In this document: one piece after another, positions 1-9,605 of the stretch
How positions within the stretch are numbered: the stretch's first letter is position 1
How the letters are laid out: every line of letters starts with the position of its first letter
NCBI GenBank assembly: GCA_041496385.1
Contig: JBGQEL010000017.1
Location: 1 to 61,312 of the forward strand
Reading direction: 5' to 3'
Source: Candidatus Methylomirabilia bacterium
GTDB taxonomy: Bacteria; Methylomirabilota; Methylomirabilia; Rokubacteriales; CSP1-6
DNA length: 61,312 nt
Position numbers and translations under genes: made by a program
The notes under the pieces: model-generated
Database searches by the model: none
What the model was told of the DNA's origin: nothing
Seen by the model: only the letters and a program-made list of their open reading frames with translations

Positions 1-2
1 AT

Positions 3-1031
3 CGCGCCGTAGGCGGTCGTCAGCGTCACCATCTCGCGCTCGAGCCGGCTCCGCCGCCACTCCGACCAGCGGACGCCGATCGTGCTCGACTCCTCGAAGA
101 GGACGCGCGAGACGGCGTCGAGGCGCACGTGGGGCGACAACGCGCTCAGGACCACGCCGGGCCTGCCCTTCTTCATGATCACCGGCGTCAGGACCACGTC
201 GAGGGCCCCGGCGTCGAAGAGACGCTCGACCAGGGGCTCGTAGAGCTGGGGCGACATGTCGTCGATCGTGGTCTCGATCTGGAGCACCGTCTCGTCGCCC
301 CCGGTCGCCGCCGTCTCGCCCACGAAGCAGCGCAGGACGTTCGGCAGCTCGGCGAAGTCGCGCGTGCCGGCGCCGTACCCTACCGTCTCGACGGTCATCG
401 CCGGCATCCGGCCGGCGGTGACCGCGAGCGTCGTCAGGATCGCGGCGCCGGTCGGCGTGACCAGCTCGGCCTGCACCCCGGTGTCGACGATGGGGAAGCC
501 CCGCAGGAGCTCGGCCGCGCCGGGGCCGGGCGCCGGCATCCTCCCGTGTGGCCCGTCGATGAACCCTCCACCGAGCGGGAGCGCCGACACGTGGACCGCC
601 TGGACGCCGAGAAGCTGGAGCGCGACGACACCGCCGGTCACGTCCACGATCGCGTCCACGGCGCCGACGTCATGGAAATGGACGGCCTCGCGCGTCGTGC
701 CGTGGGCACGCGCCTCGGCGTCGGCGAGGCGGGTGAAAATCCGGCTCGCCTGCTCACGCACCACCGGCGCCAGGCCGCTCGAGGCGATGATCGCCAGGAT
801 GTCGCCCAGCCGCCGGTGATGATGGTGGGCGCGCGCGTCGATCTCGACGTCCACCTTGGTCGCCCGGAAGGCGCCCTTCTTCACCTCGCGCGTCACCAGC
901 TCCCAGCCCTCGAGCGGGAGCTTCTTCAGCTCGGCGCGCAGCGCGTCGAACGGGGCGCCAGCGTCCACCAGTGCGGCCATGATCATGTCGCCCGCCGCGC
1001 CGCTCGGGCAGTCGAAGTAGGCGATCTTCAT
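3..1031 (-). CDS. larC: Nickel-pincer cofactor biosynthesis protein LarC (nickel insertase), 3' partial
   Basis: Absent from ORF track because it runs off the window. Manual translation from ATG at 1031 gives MKIAYFDCPSGAAGDMIMAALVDAG, a His run (AHHHHRR) and VHFHDVGAVDAIVDV. Adjacent to larB/larE. Confidence 0.92.
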   Translation of the reverse strand, partial: MKIAYFDCPSGAAGDMIMAALVDAGAPFDALRAELKKLPLEGWELVTREVKKGAFRATKVDVEIDARAHHHHRRLGDILAIIASSGLAPVVREQASRIFTRLADAEARAHGTTREAVHFHDVGAVDAIVDVTGGVVALQLLGVQAVHVSALPLGGGFIDGPHGRMPAPGPGAAELLRGFPIVDTGVQAELVTPTGAAILTTLAVTAGRMPAMTVETVGYGAGTRDFAELPNVLRCFVGETAATGGDETVLQIETTIDDMSPQLYEPLVERLFDAGALDVVLTPVIMKKGRPGVVLSALSPHVRLDAVSRVLFEESSTIGVRWSEWRRSRLEREMVTLTTAYGA

Positions 1032-1074
1032 GCGACCCGGCCGAGCCTCCAGCCGCCCCGGGCCCCCCCGGGAG

Positions 1075-1833
1075 TCATCGAATCTTGGCGACGAGGTGGT
1101 TGATCTGACTCGCCTGGTGCGCGGCGCCGTAGCCGTTGTCGATGTTCACCACCGACACCCCGGGCGCGCAGGAATTCAGCATGGCGAGCAGCGCGGCGAT
1201 CCCGCCGAAGGAGGCGCCGTAGCCTACGGAGGTCGGCACGGCGATGACCGGCCGGTCGACCAGCCCGCCGATGACGCTCGGCAAGGCACCCTCCATGCCG
1301 GCGACAGCCACGATCGCGTTGGCCTCGGCGAGTAGATCGTAGTGGTCCAGGAGGCGGTGCAGGCCCGCGACACCGCAGTCGTACACCCGCTCGACCCGGT
1401 TGCCGAGCGCCTCGGCCACCAGCGCGGCCTCCTCGGCCACCGGCAGATCCGCCGTCCCGGCGGCAGCGACGACGACCAGCCCGATGCCCTCGACCTGCTC
1501 CGGACGCACGACCAGGATCCTCGCGTCCGGGTGCCAGGCGTGCGGCAGCCCCGCGGTGGACACCGCCTCGACGTGGGCGCGCTCGGCGCGCGTGGCGAGG
1601 ACGTTGGCGTGGTGCGCGGCAAGGCGCGACACGATCGCGACCACCTGCTCGGGCGTCTTGCCGGGGCAGAAGACGGCCTCGGCGGCGCCGCCACGGAGCG
1701 CGCGGTGGTGGTCCACCTTGGCGAAGCGCAGATCCTCGTAGGGCAGGGTCCGCAGGCGGCTCATGGCGGACGCCGCGTCGAGCCGGCCCGCCTCGACCTC
1801 CGCGAGAAGCTGGCGGAGTGCTTCCCTATCCAC
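1075..1833 (-). CDS. larB: Nickel-pincer cofactor biosynthesis protein LarB (PurE-like carboxylase/hydrolase)
   Basis: AKVDHHRALR, AGTADLPVAEEA, GMEGALPS, PTSVGYG, LNSCAPGVSVVNIDNG motifs. Confidence 0.93.
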   Translation of the reverse strand: MDREALRQLLAEVEAGRLDAASAMSRLRTLPYEDLRFAKVDHHRALRGGAAEAVFCPGKTPEQVVAIVSRLAAHHANVLATRAERAHVEAVSTAGLPHAWHPDARILVVRPEQVEGIGLVVVAAAGTADLPVAEEAALVAEALGNRVERVYDCGVAGLHRLLDHYDLLAEANAIVAVAGMEGALPSVIGGLVDRPVIAVPTSVGYGASFGGIAALLAMLNSCAPGVSVVNIDNGYGAAHQASQINHLVAKIR

Positions 1834-2653
1834 GCTTCGCCGTCCGGCCGAGCGCCAGCGGGAGGTTCGCGCTCCCCGACTGAAACCCCGCGAGGTCCAC
1901 GGTGACGTAGACGTACCCGAGGCTCCGGAAGAATCTCAGGATGGCCTCGTGGCGGCCCTGCTCCCAGAGCTTCGGGATCTCCTCGCGCGGGATCTCGAGG
2001 CGCGCCAGCCGCTCGTGGTGGCGCACCCGGAACTGGCGGAACCCGAGCGAGCGCACGAACTCCTCGGCCGCGTCCACCTGACGCAGCTTCTCGGGCGTGA
2101 TGCGATCGCCGTATTGGAAGCGTGAGGACAGGCACGCGAAGGAGGGCTTGTCCCACGTGGGGAGTCCGAGCCCGCGGGACAGCTCGCGGATCTCGGCCTT
2201 CCAGAGCTCGGCCTCGATCATCGGGGCCCGGACCCCGGAGAGCTCGGCCGCCTTCATTCCCGGCCGGTGGTCGCCGAGGTCGTCCATGTTGGCGCCGTAG
2301 ACGAGCGACGCGGCGCCTTCCCGCGCGGCGAGCGGCGCCAGCTTGGCGAAGAGCTCCTCCTTGCAGAAGAAGCAGCGATTGAGGGGGTTCCGGGCGTACT
2401 CGGGGTTCTGCAGCTCTTCGGTCTTGACGATCAGATGCCGCATCCCCAGGAGCTCGCCGAGCTTCTGCGCCTCCGCCAGCTCGCGCGCCGGGTATGTCTC
2501 CGAGTCGGCCGTGACGAGCAGCGCGCTGGGGCCGAGGGCGTCCTTGGCCGCCCGGGCGAGGAGCGTCGAGTCCACCCCGCCGGAGAACGCGACGACGACG
2601 CTTTGGAGGTCGCGCAGGACGTCGAGGAGCCGCTCGTATTTCGCCCGGCTCAT
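1826..2653 (-). CDS. larE: ATP-dependent sulfur transferase LarE
   Basis: PP-loop SGGVDS, RCFFCK, WDKPSFACLSSRF, FRVRHH, GFQSGS. Confidence 0.92.
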   Translation of the reverse strand: MSRAKYERLLDVLRDLQSVVVAFSGGVDSTLLARAAKDALGPSALLVTADSETYPARELAEAQKLGELLGMRHLIVKTEELQNPEYARNPLNRCFFCKEELFAKLAPLAAREGAASLVYGANMDDLGDHRPGMKAAELSGVRAPMIEAELWKAEIRELSRGLGLPTWDKPSFACLSSRFQYGDRITPEKLRQVDAAEEFVRSLGFRQFRVRHHERLARLEIPREEIPKLWEQGRHEAILRFFRSLGYVYVTVDLAGFQSGSANLPLALGRTAKRG

Positions 2654-3561
2654 GGCTCGAGCCGGATCAGGTCGTGGAACGCCGTGTACCGGTCCGCGAT
2701 GTCCGCGGGCTTGAGCCGCGTGAGCCGCGTGAGCGAGAAGTCCTCGACGGTGAACGACGCCATCACCGAGCCGTAGGCGAGCGCGCGGCGCATGGCCGCG
2801 GCGTCCACCCGGTCCTGGGCGGCCAGGTAGCCCATGAAGCCGCCCGCAAATGTGTCCCCCGCCCCCGTCGGGTCGTAGACGGATTCGAGCGGATAGGCGG
2901 GAACGAAGAAGAAGCTGCCGTCGGTCAGCATCAGCGCGCCGTATTCGCCGCGCTTGACCACGACCGTGCGGGGCCCCAGCGACGCGATCGCGCGCGCCGC
3001 CCGGATGAGATTCGGCTCGCTCGCCAGCTGCCGCGCCTCGCCGTCGTTGATGGTGACGACGTCCACCTTGGCGAGCACCCGCCGCAGCGCCTCCTGCTTG
3101 CCCTGGATCCAGAAGTTCATGGTGTCGAGGGCGACGAGCCGCGGCCGCTCCTTCATCTGGTCGAGCACGTCGAGCTGGAGCTCGGGGTCGATGTTGGCGA
3201 GGAACAGGAACGGCGTGTGCCTGACCGCCTCGCCGAGCTTCGGCCGGAAGTCGGCGAAGACGTTGAGCTGCGTGTCGAGGGTCTTGGCCTCGTTGAGGTC
3301 GTACCCGTACTGGCCGGCCCAGCGGAACGTGCGCCCCTTCGACGTCTGGAGCCCGGCGGTGTCCACGCCGCGGTTCTGCAGGAGCCGCAGGTGCGAGTCG
3401 GGGAAGTCCTCGCCCACCGTGGCGACGAGGCGCACCTGGGTGAAGAAGCTCGCCGAGTAGGAGAAGTACGTGGCCGAGCCGCCGAGCACCTCCTGCACCT
3501 TGCCGAAGGGCGTCTCGACGCTGTCGAGCGCGACCGAGCCCACGACCAGGAGATCAGCCAC
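2650..3561 (-). CDS. PfkB/ribokinase-family carbohydrate or nucleoside kinase
   Basis: GSVALD..GGSATY N-terminus; DPTGAGDTFAGG PfkB signature. Confidence 0.9.
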   Translation of the reverse strand: MADLLVVGSVALDSVETPFGKVQEVLGGSATYFSYSASFFTQVRLVATVGEDFPDSHLRLLQNRGVDTAGLQTSKGRTFRWAGQYGYDLNEAKTLDTQLNVFADFRPKLGEAVRHTPFLFLANIDPELQLDVLDQMKERPRLVALDTMNFWIQGKQEALRRVLAKVDVVTINDGEARQLASEPNLIRAARAIASLGPRTVVVKRGEYGALMLTDGSFFFVPAYPLESVYDPTGAGDTFAGGFMGYLAAQDRVDAAAMRRALAYGSVMASFTVEDFSLTRLTRLKPADIADRYTAFHDLIRLEP

Positions 3562-4438
3562 GGCGGCGTCCTTTCACGGGGTAGTACGGGTCGAGGAGCA
3601 ACGCGAGACGCTTCCGGGTCCGCGCGGGAAACGCCGTCGGGCTCGTGATGACCGCGTTCTTCAGCAGGCGCCCGCACTCGCAGGAGCGCGCGGGCCCGAC
3701 CGTGGGGATGAGCGCGCGCAGCACCTCTTTGGCGGTCGCGACATTCTTCAGGAGATTCTGGATCACCGCCTCCACCGAGACCGCCGCGTGCGTGTCGTGC
3801 CAGACGTCGTAGTCGGTCGCGAGCGCGAGCGTCGCGTAGCAGAGCTCGGCCTCGCGCGCGAGCTTGGCCTCGGGCATGTTCGTCATGCCGATGACGTCCA
3901 CCCCCCAGCCGCGGTAGATCCGCGACTCCGCGCGCGTCGAGAACTGGGGCCCCTCGATGCAGATGTAGGTGCCGCCGCGATGGACCGTCGCGCCCGTCTG
4001 ACGCGCCGCCTTCTCGAGCGCCGTGGCCAGGTCGTGACACACGGGTTCGGCCATGCCGACGTGCGCGACGATGCCGTCGCCGAAGAAGGAGGAGGCGCGC
4101 CGCTTGGTCGCGTCGAAGAACTGGTCGGGCACGACCAGGTCGAGCGGCCGGATCGTCTCCTTCATGCTCCCGACCGCCGAGATCGAGACGACCCACTCGG
4201 CGCCGAGCGACTTGAGCCCCCAGATGTTGGCGCGGAAGTTCAGGTCGCTCGGCTGGATGCGGTGGCCGCGCCCGTGGCGCGGGAGGAAGATCACGCGGCG
4301 CCCGGCGAACCTCCCGACGCAGTACGCGTCGGACGGCTCGCCGAAGGGCGTCCGCACGCGGCGCCAGCGAACGTCGCCGAGCCCCTCGAGCTCGTACAAC
4401 CCGCTGCCGCCGATGATCCCGACCGCGGGCTCGCTCAC
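3554..4438 (-). CDS. mtnP: S-methyl-5'-thioadenosine phosphorylase
   Basis: GIIGGSGLY, TPFGEPS, PRHGRGH, EGPQFSTRAES, GMTNMPEAKLAREAE, TDYD. Confidence 0.93.
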   Translation of the reverse strand: MSEPAVGIIGGSGLYELEGLGDVRWRRVRTPFGEPSDAYCVGRFAGRRVIFLPRHGRGHRIQPSDLNFRANIWGLKSLGAEWVVSISAVGSMKETIRPLDLVVPDQFFDATKRRASSFFGDGIVAHVGMAEPVCHDLATALEKAARQTGATVHRGGTYICIEGPQFSTRAESRIYRGWGVDVIGMTNMPEAKLAREAELCYATLALATDYDVWHDTHAAVSVEAVIQNLLKNVATAKEVLRALIPTVGPARSCECGRLLKNAVITSPTAFPARTRKRLALLLDPYYPVKGRRRG

Positions 4439-5742
4439 GCGAGCTCCCCGATGGTGCGGTCACCCTCGACCCTGGTCACGCGCACGCGTGCGAGCGCGCC
4501 CACGAGGGCGTCGGCACCGTCGAACTGGATCTCCACGTAGTTGCCGGTCAGCCCGACGAGCCGCCCGCTCTCGCGGTCGCGGGTCTCGAGCACGAGCACC
4601 TCCTCGACGCCGCCGGCGAGCCGGCGCCTGAACTCGAGATTCCGCCGGCGCGCGAGATCGCGCAGCGCGCCGCTCCGCCCCGCGATCGTCCTCCGGTCCA
4701 CCGTGTCGACCGCGCGCGCGGCCTCGGTCCCCCGGCGGGACGAGTACGGGAACACGTGGAGGTAGGAGAACGGCAGCTCCCGCACCAGAGCCTGCGTCTG
4801 CTCGAAGTCCGCCTCGGTCTCGCCCGGGAACCCGACGATCACGTCGGCGCCGAGACCTGGCGCCCGGACGGCCGCGGCCAGGCGATCGACGACCTTGCGA
4901 TAGAGGCGCGTGTCGTACGGACGGCGCATGCGTCGCAGGATCCGGTCGCTCCCGCTCTGGAGCGGCAGGTGGAAGTGCGGCGCGACCCGGGACGACGCCG
5001 TCACCACCTCGAGCAGCTCCGGCGTGAAGTACGCGGGAAGGATCGAGGAGAGTCGGACCCAGTGCAGGCCGGGGATCTCCGTCAGCGCCCGCAGCAGCGC
5101 CGCCAGCGAGGTCCGCGGCACCTGATCGGATCCGTAGTGTCCCAGGTCCACGCCCGTCAGCACGATCTCGGGGTGCCCCGACGCGACGAGACGCCGCGCG
5201 TGGTCGAGGAGGACCCCGGCGTCGAGGCTCCGGCTCGGGCCGCGGGCCAAGGGGACGATGCAGAAGGCGCACCGGTGCTGGCAGCCGTCCTGCACCTTCA
5301 GGAATGCGCGCGAGCGGCCCGCGATCCGCGCCGTCGGCGCCGGCAGCGCGTCGAGCCTCGGCGCCGACGCGATGTCCGACACGTGCACACGCGCGGCGAA
5401 GAGACCGTCGAGCAGCTCGGGCAGGCGGTGCTTGTCGGCGTTTCCGACGACGAGGTCCACCTCGCCGAGCCGCGCGACCTCGCCGGGGCTCGTCTGGGCC
5501 CAGCAGCCCGTCACGACGAGACGCGCGTGCGGACTCACGCGCGCCGCGCGGCGGATCGCCTGGCGGTCCGAGAACTCGGCGCGGGCGGTCACGGTGCAGG
5601 TGTTGACGACGACCACGTCGGCGACCTCGTCGACGGGCACCGTGCGGAACCCGCGCCCCTCGAGCATGGTCTGCAGCTGCTGCGTGTCCACCTGGTTCAG
5701 GCGGCAGCCGAGCGTGGCGAAGGCCACGGTCCTCGGGGTCAC
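4435..5742 (-). CDS. mtaB: tRNA methylthiotransferase (MtaB/MiaB-like radical SAM)
   Basis: Start reassigned to GTG 5742 (overlaps rlmN stop). TLGCRLNQ, NTCTVT, GCQHRCAFC (CxxxCxxC), HLPLQSGSD, C-terminal TRAM-like domain. Confidence 0.88.
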   Translation of the reverse strand: MTPRTVAFATLGCRLNQVDTQQLQTMLEGRGFRTVPVDEVADVVVVNTCTVTARAEFSDRQAIRRAARVSPHARLVVTGCWAQTSPGEVARLGEVDLVVGNADKHRLPELLDGLFAARVHVSDIASAPRLDALPAPTARIAGRSRAFLKVQDGCQHRCAFCIVPLARGPSRSLDAGVLLDHARRLVASGHPEIVLTGVDLGHYGSDQVPRTSLAALLRALTEIPGLHWVRLSSILPAYFTPELLEVVTASSRVAPHFHLPLQSGSDRILRRMRRPYDTRLYRKVVDRLAAAVRAPGLGADVIVGFPGETEADFEQTQALVRELPFSYLHVFPYSSRRGTEAARAVDTVDRRTIAGRSGALRDLARRRNLEFRRRLAGGVEEVLVLETRDRESGRLVGLTGNYVEIQFDGADALVGALARVRVTRVEGDRTIGELA

Positions 5743-6776
5743 GCGGGCACCGGCTCCTTGAGCTGGCCGCACGCGGCGCCGATGTCCTCGCCCTTGCTCC
5801 AGCGGACGGTCGTCGTGAGCCCGGCGTCCAGCAGGATCGACTGAAAGGCCAGGATCCGCGGCAGCGGCGGCCGCCGGAACCCGGCGCCCTCCCAGTCGTT
5901 GAACGGGATCAGGTTCACCTTTGCCTTGAGGCCGCGCAGCAACGCGGCCAGACGCGCGGCGTCCTGCGGCGAATCGTTGACGTCGTCGAGCATGACGTAC
6001 TCGAAGAAGATCCGCTGCCGATGGCCGAGCGGGTACGTCTTGAGCGCCGCCATGAGCGCGGCGAGGTCGAACGAACGATTGACCGGCATGAGGCGGCTCC
6101 GCACCTCGTCGGTCGCCGCGTGGAGCGAGATCGCGAGATTCACCTTCAGGTCCTCGCGGCCGAGCTTCTGGATCCCGGGCACGAGCCCCACGGTGGACAC
6201 CGTGATCCTGCGCGGCGAGTACCCGAGGCCGAGCTTCATGTCCGTCAGGATGCGGAGCGTCTGCACGAGCGCCGCGTAGTTGGCGAGCGGCTCGCCCATC
6301 CCCATGAAGACGATGTGGGTCACGCGCTGGTCGGGCGCGAGCAGCCGGTTGGCGGCGAGCACCTGGCCGACGATCTCCGCGGCCGTGAGATTCCGCTCCA
6401 GGCCCATGACGCCCGTGAGGCAGAAGCGGCACTCGAAGCCGCACCCGACCTGGGTGGACACGCAGAGCGTGATCCGGTCGTCGTCCGGCATGACGACCGA
6501 GCTGATCCGGCTTCCGTCCGCGAAACAATAGACGAGCTTCCGGCTCCCGTCCTGCGACGCCGTGACGCGCTCGGGCTCGGGCACCTCGACGACGGCGCGC
6601 TCGGCCAGGCGCGCGCGGACGTCCCGCGGCAGATCGGACATCGCGTCGAGGTCGAACACGCCTTTGCGGTAGATCCACGTCGCGAGCTGCCGGCCGCGGT
6701 ACCGCGAGGCGCCGAGCTCGACGGCGAGGTCTTGGAGCTCCGATGGCAGGAGTCCGACGAGATTCACGCGCGACAT
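5739..6776 (-). CDS. rlmN: Dual-specificity 23S rRNA/tRNA m2A methyltransferase RlmN
   Basis: Start reassigned to ATG 6776. CVSTQVGCGFECRFC, MGMGEPLAN, ISLHA, NLIPFN, GEDIGAACGQL. Confidence 0.93.
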   Translation of the reverse strand: MSRVNLVGLLPSELQDLAVELGASRYRGRQLATWIYRKGVFDLDAMSDLPRDVRARLAERAVVEVPEPERVTASQDGSRKLVYCFADGSRISSVVMPDDDRITLCVSTQVGCGFECRFCLTGVMGLERNLTAAEIVGQVLAANRLLAPDQRVTHIVFMGMGEPLANYAALVQTLRILTDMKLGLGYSPRRITVSTVGLVPGIQKLGREDLKVNLAISLHAATDEVRSRLMPVNRSFDLAALMAALKTYPLGHRQRIFFEYVMLDDVNDSPQDAARLAALLRGLKAKVNLIPFNDWEGAGFRRPPLPRILAFQSILLDAGLTTTVRWSKGEDIGAACGQLKEPVPA

Positions 6777-6783
6777 CCCCGGA

Positions 6784-6792
6784 AGAATAACA
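6784..6792 (-). promoter_or_regulatory. Extended -10 element (TGtTATTCT) of a probable leaderless rlmN promoter
   Basis: TATTCT hexamer ends 7 nt before the ATG at 6776; no clear Shine-Dalgarno. Confidence 0.5.
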
Positions 6793-6914
6793 TGAGCAGT
6801 CGCGACGGGAGTTTTCCACCCTTCCTGTGCGAGACCCGTGGATAACCGCGTGGGCAACCGGATCGCGCCGGCGGAGTTTCAGCGCTTTAGAGCGCTTCGC
6901 TCATTCGGTGAGCA

Positions 6915-8174
6915 TCAGGTCCGGAGGACCACGTAGAGATCGAGGAGGTTCGTGTTCGTGGGTCCGGAGACGATCAGGTCGCCGGTCGCCCGAAGATAGT
7001 GGTAGGCGTCATTGTCCTCCAGCGCGCTCCGGCCGTCGGCGCCGGCCGCCTCGCCGCGTGGCACGCTCGTCGCATCCACGATCGCGCCGGCGGCATCGGT
7101 CGGGCCGTCGGTGCCGTCAGTGCCCGCGGCGAGGACCGTGATCCGCTCGTCGCGACGCAGTTCGAGGGCCGCGGCCAGGGCGAGCTCCTGGCACCGGCCG
7201 CCCTTCCCCTTGCCACGGACGGTCACCGTCGTCTCGCCGCCGGCGATGAGACACGCCGGCGGCTCGAGTCCGCGTGCGTGCGCGACCAGATCGCGCGCCA
7301 CGACGCGCGCCTCCCCCTGCAGTTCGCGGGTCAGGAAGTGCGGCCGATATCCGAGCCGCCGGGCCGCCGCCACCGCGGCGTCGGTGACGAGAGCGTTGTT
7401 GCCGATGACGGTGTTCGTCACGCGGCCGAAGATCGGGTCGCCCGGCTTCGGGGTCTCCTCGATCGCTCCCGCGGCCCCGGCCTCGAGCCGCCCGACCACC
7501 GACGCGGGCGCCCGGGCCCTGATCCCGCGGCGTTCCAGGACTTCGAGCGCCGCGGCGAAGGTGCTCTCGTCGGGAGCCGTCGGGCCCGACCCGATCACGT
7601 CGAGCGGGTCGCCGATGACGTCGGAGAGCGCGAGCGTGAGGACCGTCGCGGGCCACGCCGCGCGCGCCAGGAGCCCGCCCTTGAAGCGCGACAGGTGCTT
7701 TCGTACGGCGTTGAGCTCCACGATCGTCGCGCCCGAAGCGAGCAGGAGTCGCGTCACCTCCTGCTTCTCCGCGAGCGTGACGGGTGGCGCGGGGGCGGGC
7801 GTCAGCGCCGACGCGCCGCCCGAGACCAGGAAGAGGACGAGATCGGCCTCGCCGGCGAGCGCGGCGAGCTCGAGGAGCCGCGACGAGGCCGCGAGCCCGC
7901 GTGCGTCGGGCACGGGATGCCCCGCCTCGGCGACCTCGATCCGCCGCAGCGGCAGGGTGTGGCCGTCCTTGACGACGACGAATCCGCCCGCGATCCGCCC
8001 GCCGAGAGCTTGCTCGGCGGCCCACGCCATGGCGCCCGCTGCCTTGCCGCAGCCGAGCACGACCACCCGCTCCGCGCGCTCGGCGGGTCGGAGGTGGGAG
8101 GCGACGAGCGGCACCACGTCGGCGGCGGCGAGGGCGGCCCGCCAGATGGCGTGGGCGGCCTCGCGCGGCGTCAC
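6915..8174 (-). CDS. Glycerate 2-kinase / hydroxypyruvate reductase (DUF4147 + MOFRL)
   Basis: Start GTG 8174 overlaps the upstream stop. GCGKAA, AGHPVPD, SGGASAL, KGG, GGETTV, GTDGTDG, TNTNLLD. Confidence 0.88.
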   Translation of the reverse strand: MTPREAAHAIWRAALAAADVVPLVASHLRPAERAERVVVLGCGKAAGAMAWAAEQALGGRIAGGFVVVKDGHTLPLRRIEVAEAGHPVPDARGLAASSRLLELAALAGEADLVLFLVSGGASALTPAPAPPVTLAEKQEVTRLLLASGATIVELNAVRKHLSRFKGGLLARAAWPATVLTLALSDVIGDPLDVIGSGPTAPDESTFAAALEVLERRGIRARAPASVVGRLEAGAAGAIEETPKPGDPIFGRVTNTVIGNNALVTDAAVAAARRLGYRPHFLTRELQGEARVVARDLVAHARGLEPPACLIAGGETTVTVRGKGKGGRCQELALAAALELRRDERITVLAAGTDGTDGPTDAAGAIVDATSVPRGEAAGADGRSALEDNDAYHYLRATGDLIVSGPTNTNLLDLYVVLRT

Positions 8175-9349
8175 GACCGGAGCGTGAGGAGGCGCTCTCC
8201 CGCGTCCCGAAGCAAGTCGTCGGTCTTCGGGAAGCAAAAGCGGATCTTCGTGCGGCCCAGCTCGGGATGCGCGTAGAAGGACGAGCCCGGCACCGTCGCC
8301 ACGCCCACGTGCTTGATGAGCCACATGGCGAACGCGGTGTCGTCGGCGACGCCGTGCTGCTTCAGGAAGTGCGCGACGTCGGTCAGGATGTAGTAGGCGC
8401 CGCGCGGCTTCCAGGCGACGAAGCCCGCCTTCTCGACGTAGCCGAAGAGCAGGTCGCGCCGCGCCTGGTACTCCTCCCGGAGCGTCACATAGTAGGCGTC
8501 CGGCAGGTTGAGCGCCGTCACGGCCGCCTCCTGGAGCGGGTGCGGCGCGCCGACGGTCACGAAGTCGTGGGCGCGCCGGATGCCGACCGCCAGCTCCGGC
8601 GGCGCGATCGCGTAGCCGACGCGCCAGCCCGTGACCGAATAGGACTTCGAGATGCCCGAGATCGTGACCGTGCGCTCGGCCATGCCCGGGAGCGTCGCGA
8701 TCGGCGTGTGGCCCAGGCCGTCGTAGACGATGTGCTCGTAGATCTCGTCGGTGATGGCGAGCAGGTTGTGCCTGAGGCAGAGCGCGGCGATCGTCTCGAG
8801 CTCGCCCCGCGAGAAGACCTTGCCCGTGGGATTGTTCGGGCTGTTGAAGACGATCGCCCGCGTCTTCGGCGAGACCGCCCGCGCGAGCCGGTCGGGGTCG
8901 AAGCCGAAGTCGGGCGGTTCGAGCGGGACGAAGACGGGCTCGGCGCCCGCGATGATGCAGCCCGGGCCGTAGTTCTCGTAGAAGGGCTCGAAGACGATGA
9001 CCTCGTCTCCCGGGTTCAGCACGGCGAGCAGGGTCGACAGCATGGTCTCCGTCGAGCCGCAGCAGACCGTCACCTGCCGGTCGGGATCCACGTCGAGGCC
9101 GTAGAACTTCCGGTACTTCTCGGCGATCGCGCGTCGTAGGCGCGGCGTGCCCCAGGTGATCGCGTACTGATGGAAGTCGCCGTCGATCGCGCGGTGGGCG
9201 GCCTCGATCAGCTCGCGCGGCGGCGGGAAATTCGGCATGCCCTGCGCGAGGTTCACGCCGCCGTGCTGGTTCACGATGCGCGTCATCTCGCGGATGACAG
9301 ACTCGGTGAAGCCCTGGACGCGGCGGGAGATGGACGGCGGGGCCGGCAC
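8171..9349 (-). CDS. PLP-dependent aminotransferase class I/II
   Basis: NLAQGMP, NSPNNPTG, DEIY, SKSYSVTGWRVGY, RFCFPK. Confidence 0.92.
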   Translation of the reverse strand: MPAPPSISRRVQGFTESVIREMTRIVNQHGGVNLAQGMPNFPPPRELIEAAHRAIDGDFHQYAITWGTPRLRRAIAEKYRKFYGLDVDPDRQVTVCCGSTETMLSTLLAVLNPGDEVIVFEPFYENYGPGCIIAGAEPVFVPLEPPDFGFDPDRLARAVSPKTRAIVFNSPNNPTGKVFSRGELETIAALCLRHNLLAITDEIYEHIVYDGLGHTPIATLPGMAERTVTISGISKSYSVTGWRVGYAIAPPELAVGIRRAHDFVTVGAPHPLQEAAVTALNLPDAYYVTLREEYQARRDLLFGYVEKAGFVAWKPRGAYYILTDVAHFLKQHGVADDTAFAMWLIKHVGVATVPGSSFYAHPELGRTKIRFCFPKTDDLLRDAGERLLTLRS

Positions 9350-9601
9350 TTACGGGATCACGACGTCGTGCTCGATCGGGTCGACCTGCACGCCCCGCTC
9401 CTTCAGCCAGCGCACGCCCCGCGCGAGCGCGTCCGCGTCGCCATCGAGCTCGAGCGCCATCCAGCCGTGGTCGGCCTTCACGTCGGCGCGCCGGATGTTG
9501 ATGACGATGTCGAAGTCCTTGACGAGTCGGTAGACGATCGGCTCCTGAACGAGGTTGGACGGAAAGGTCAGGCGCAGCCGCATGCGGGTCTTCGCGGACA
9601 C
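9350..9601 (-). CDS. NIL-domain protein
   Basis: 83 aa, LTFP..EPIVY..INIRRADV..GWMALEL..GVQV pattern of stand-alone NIL domains. Confidence 0.8.
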   Translation of the reverse strand: MSAKTRMRLRLTFPSNLVQEPIVYRLVKDFDIVINIRRADVKADHGWMALELDGDADALARGVRWLKERGVQVDPIEHDVVIP

Positions 9602-9605
9602 CGCG

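Noticed and set aside
129..1103. Plus-strand ORFs over the first kilobase
   Set aside because: Antisense shadows of larC, which the track missed because it runs off the window
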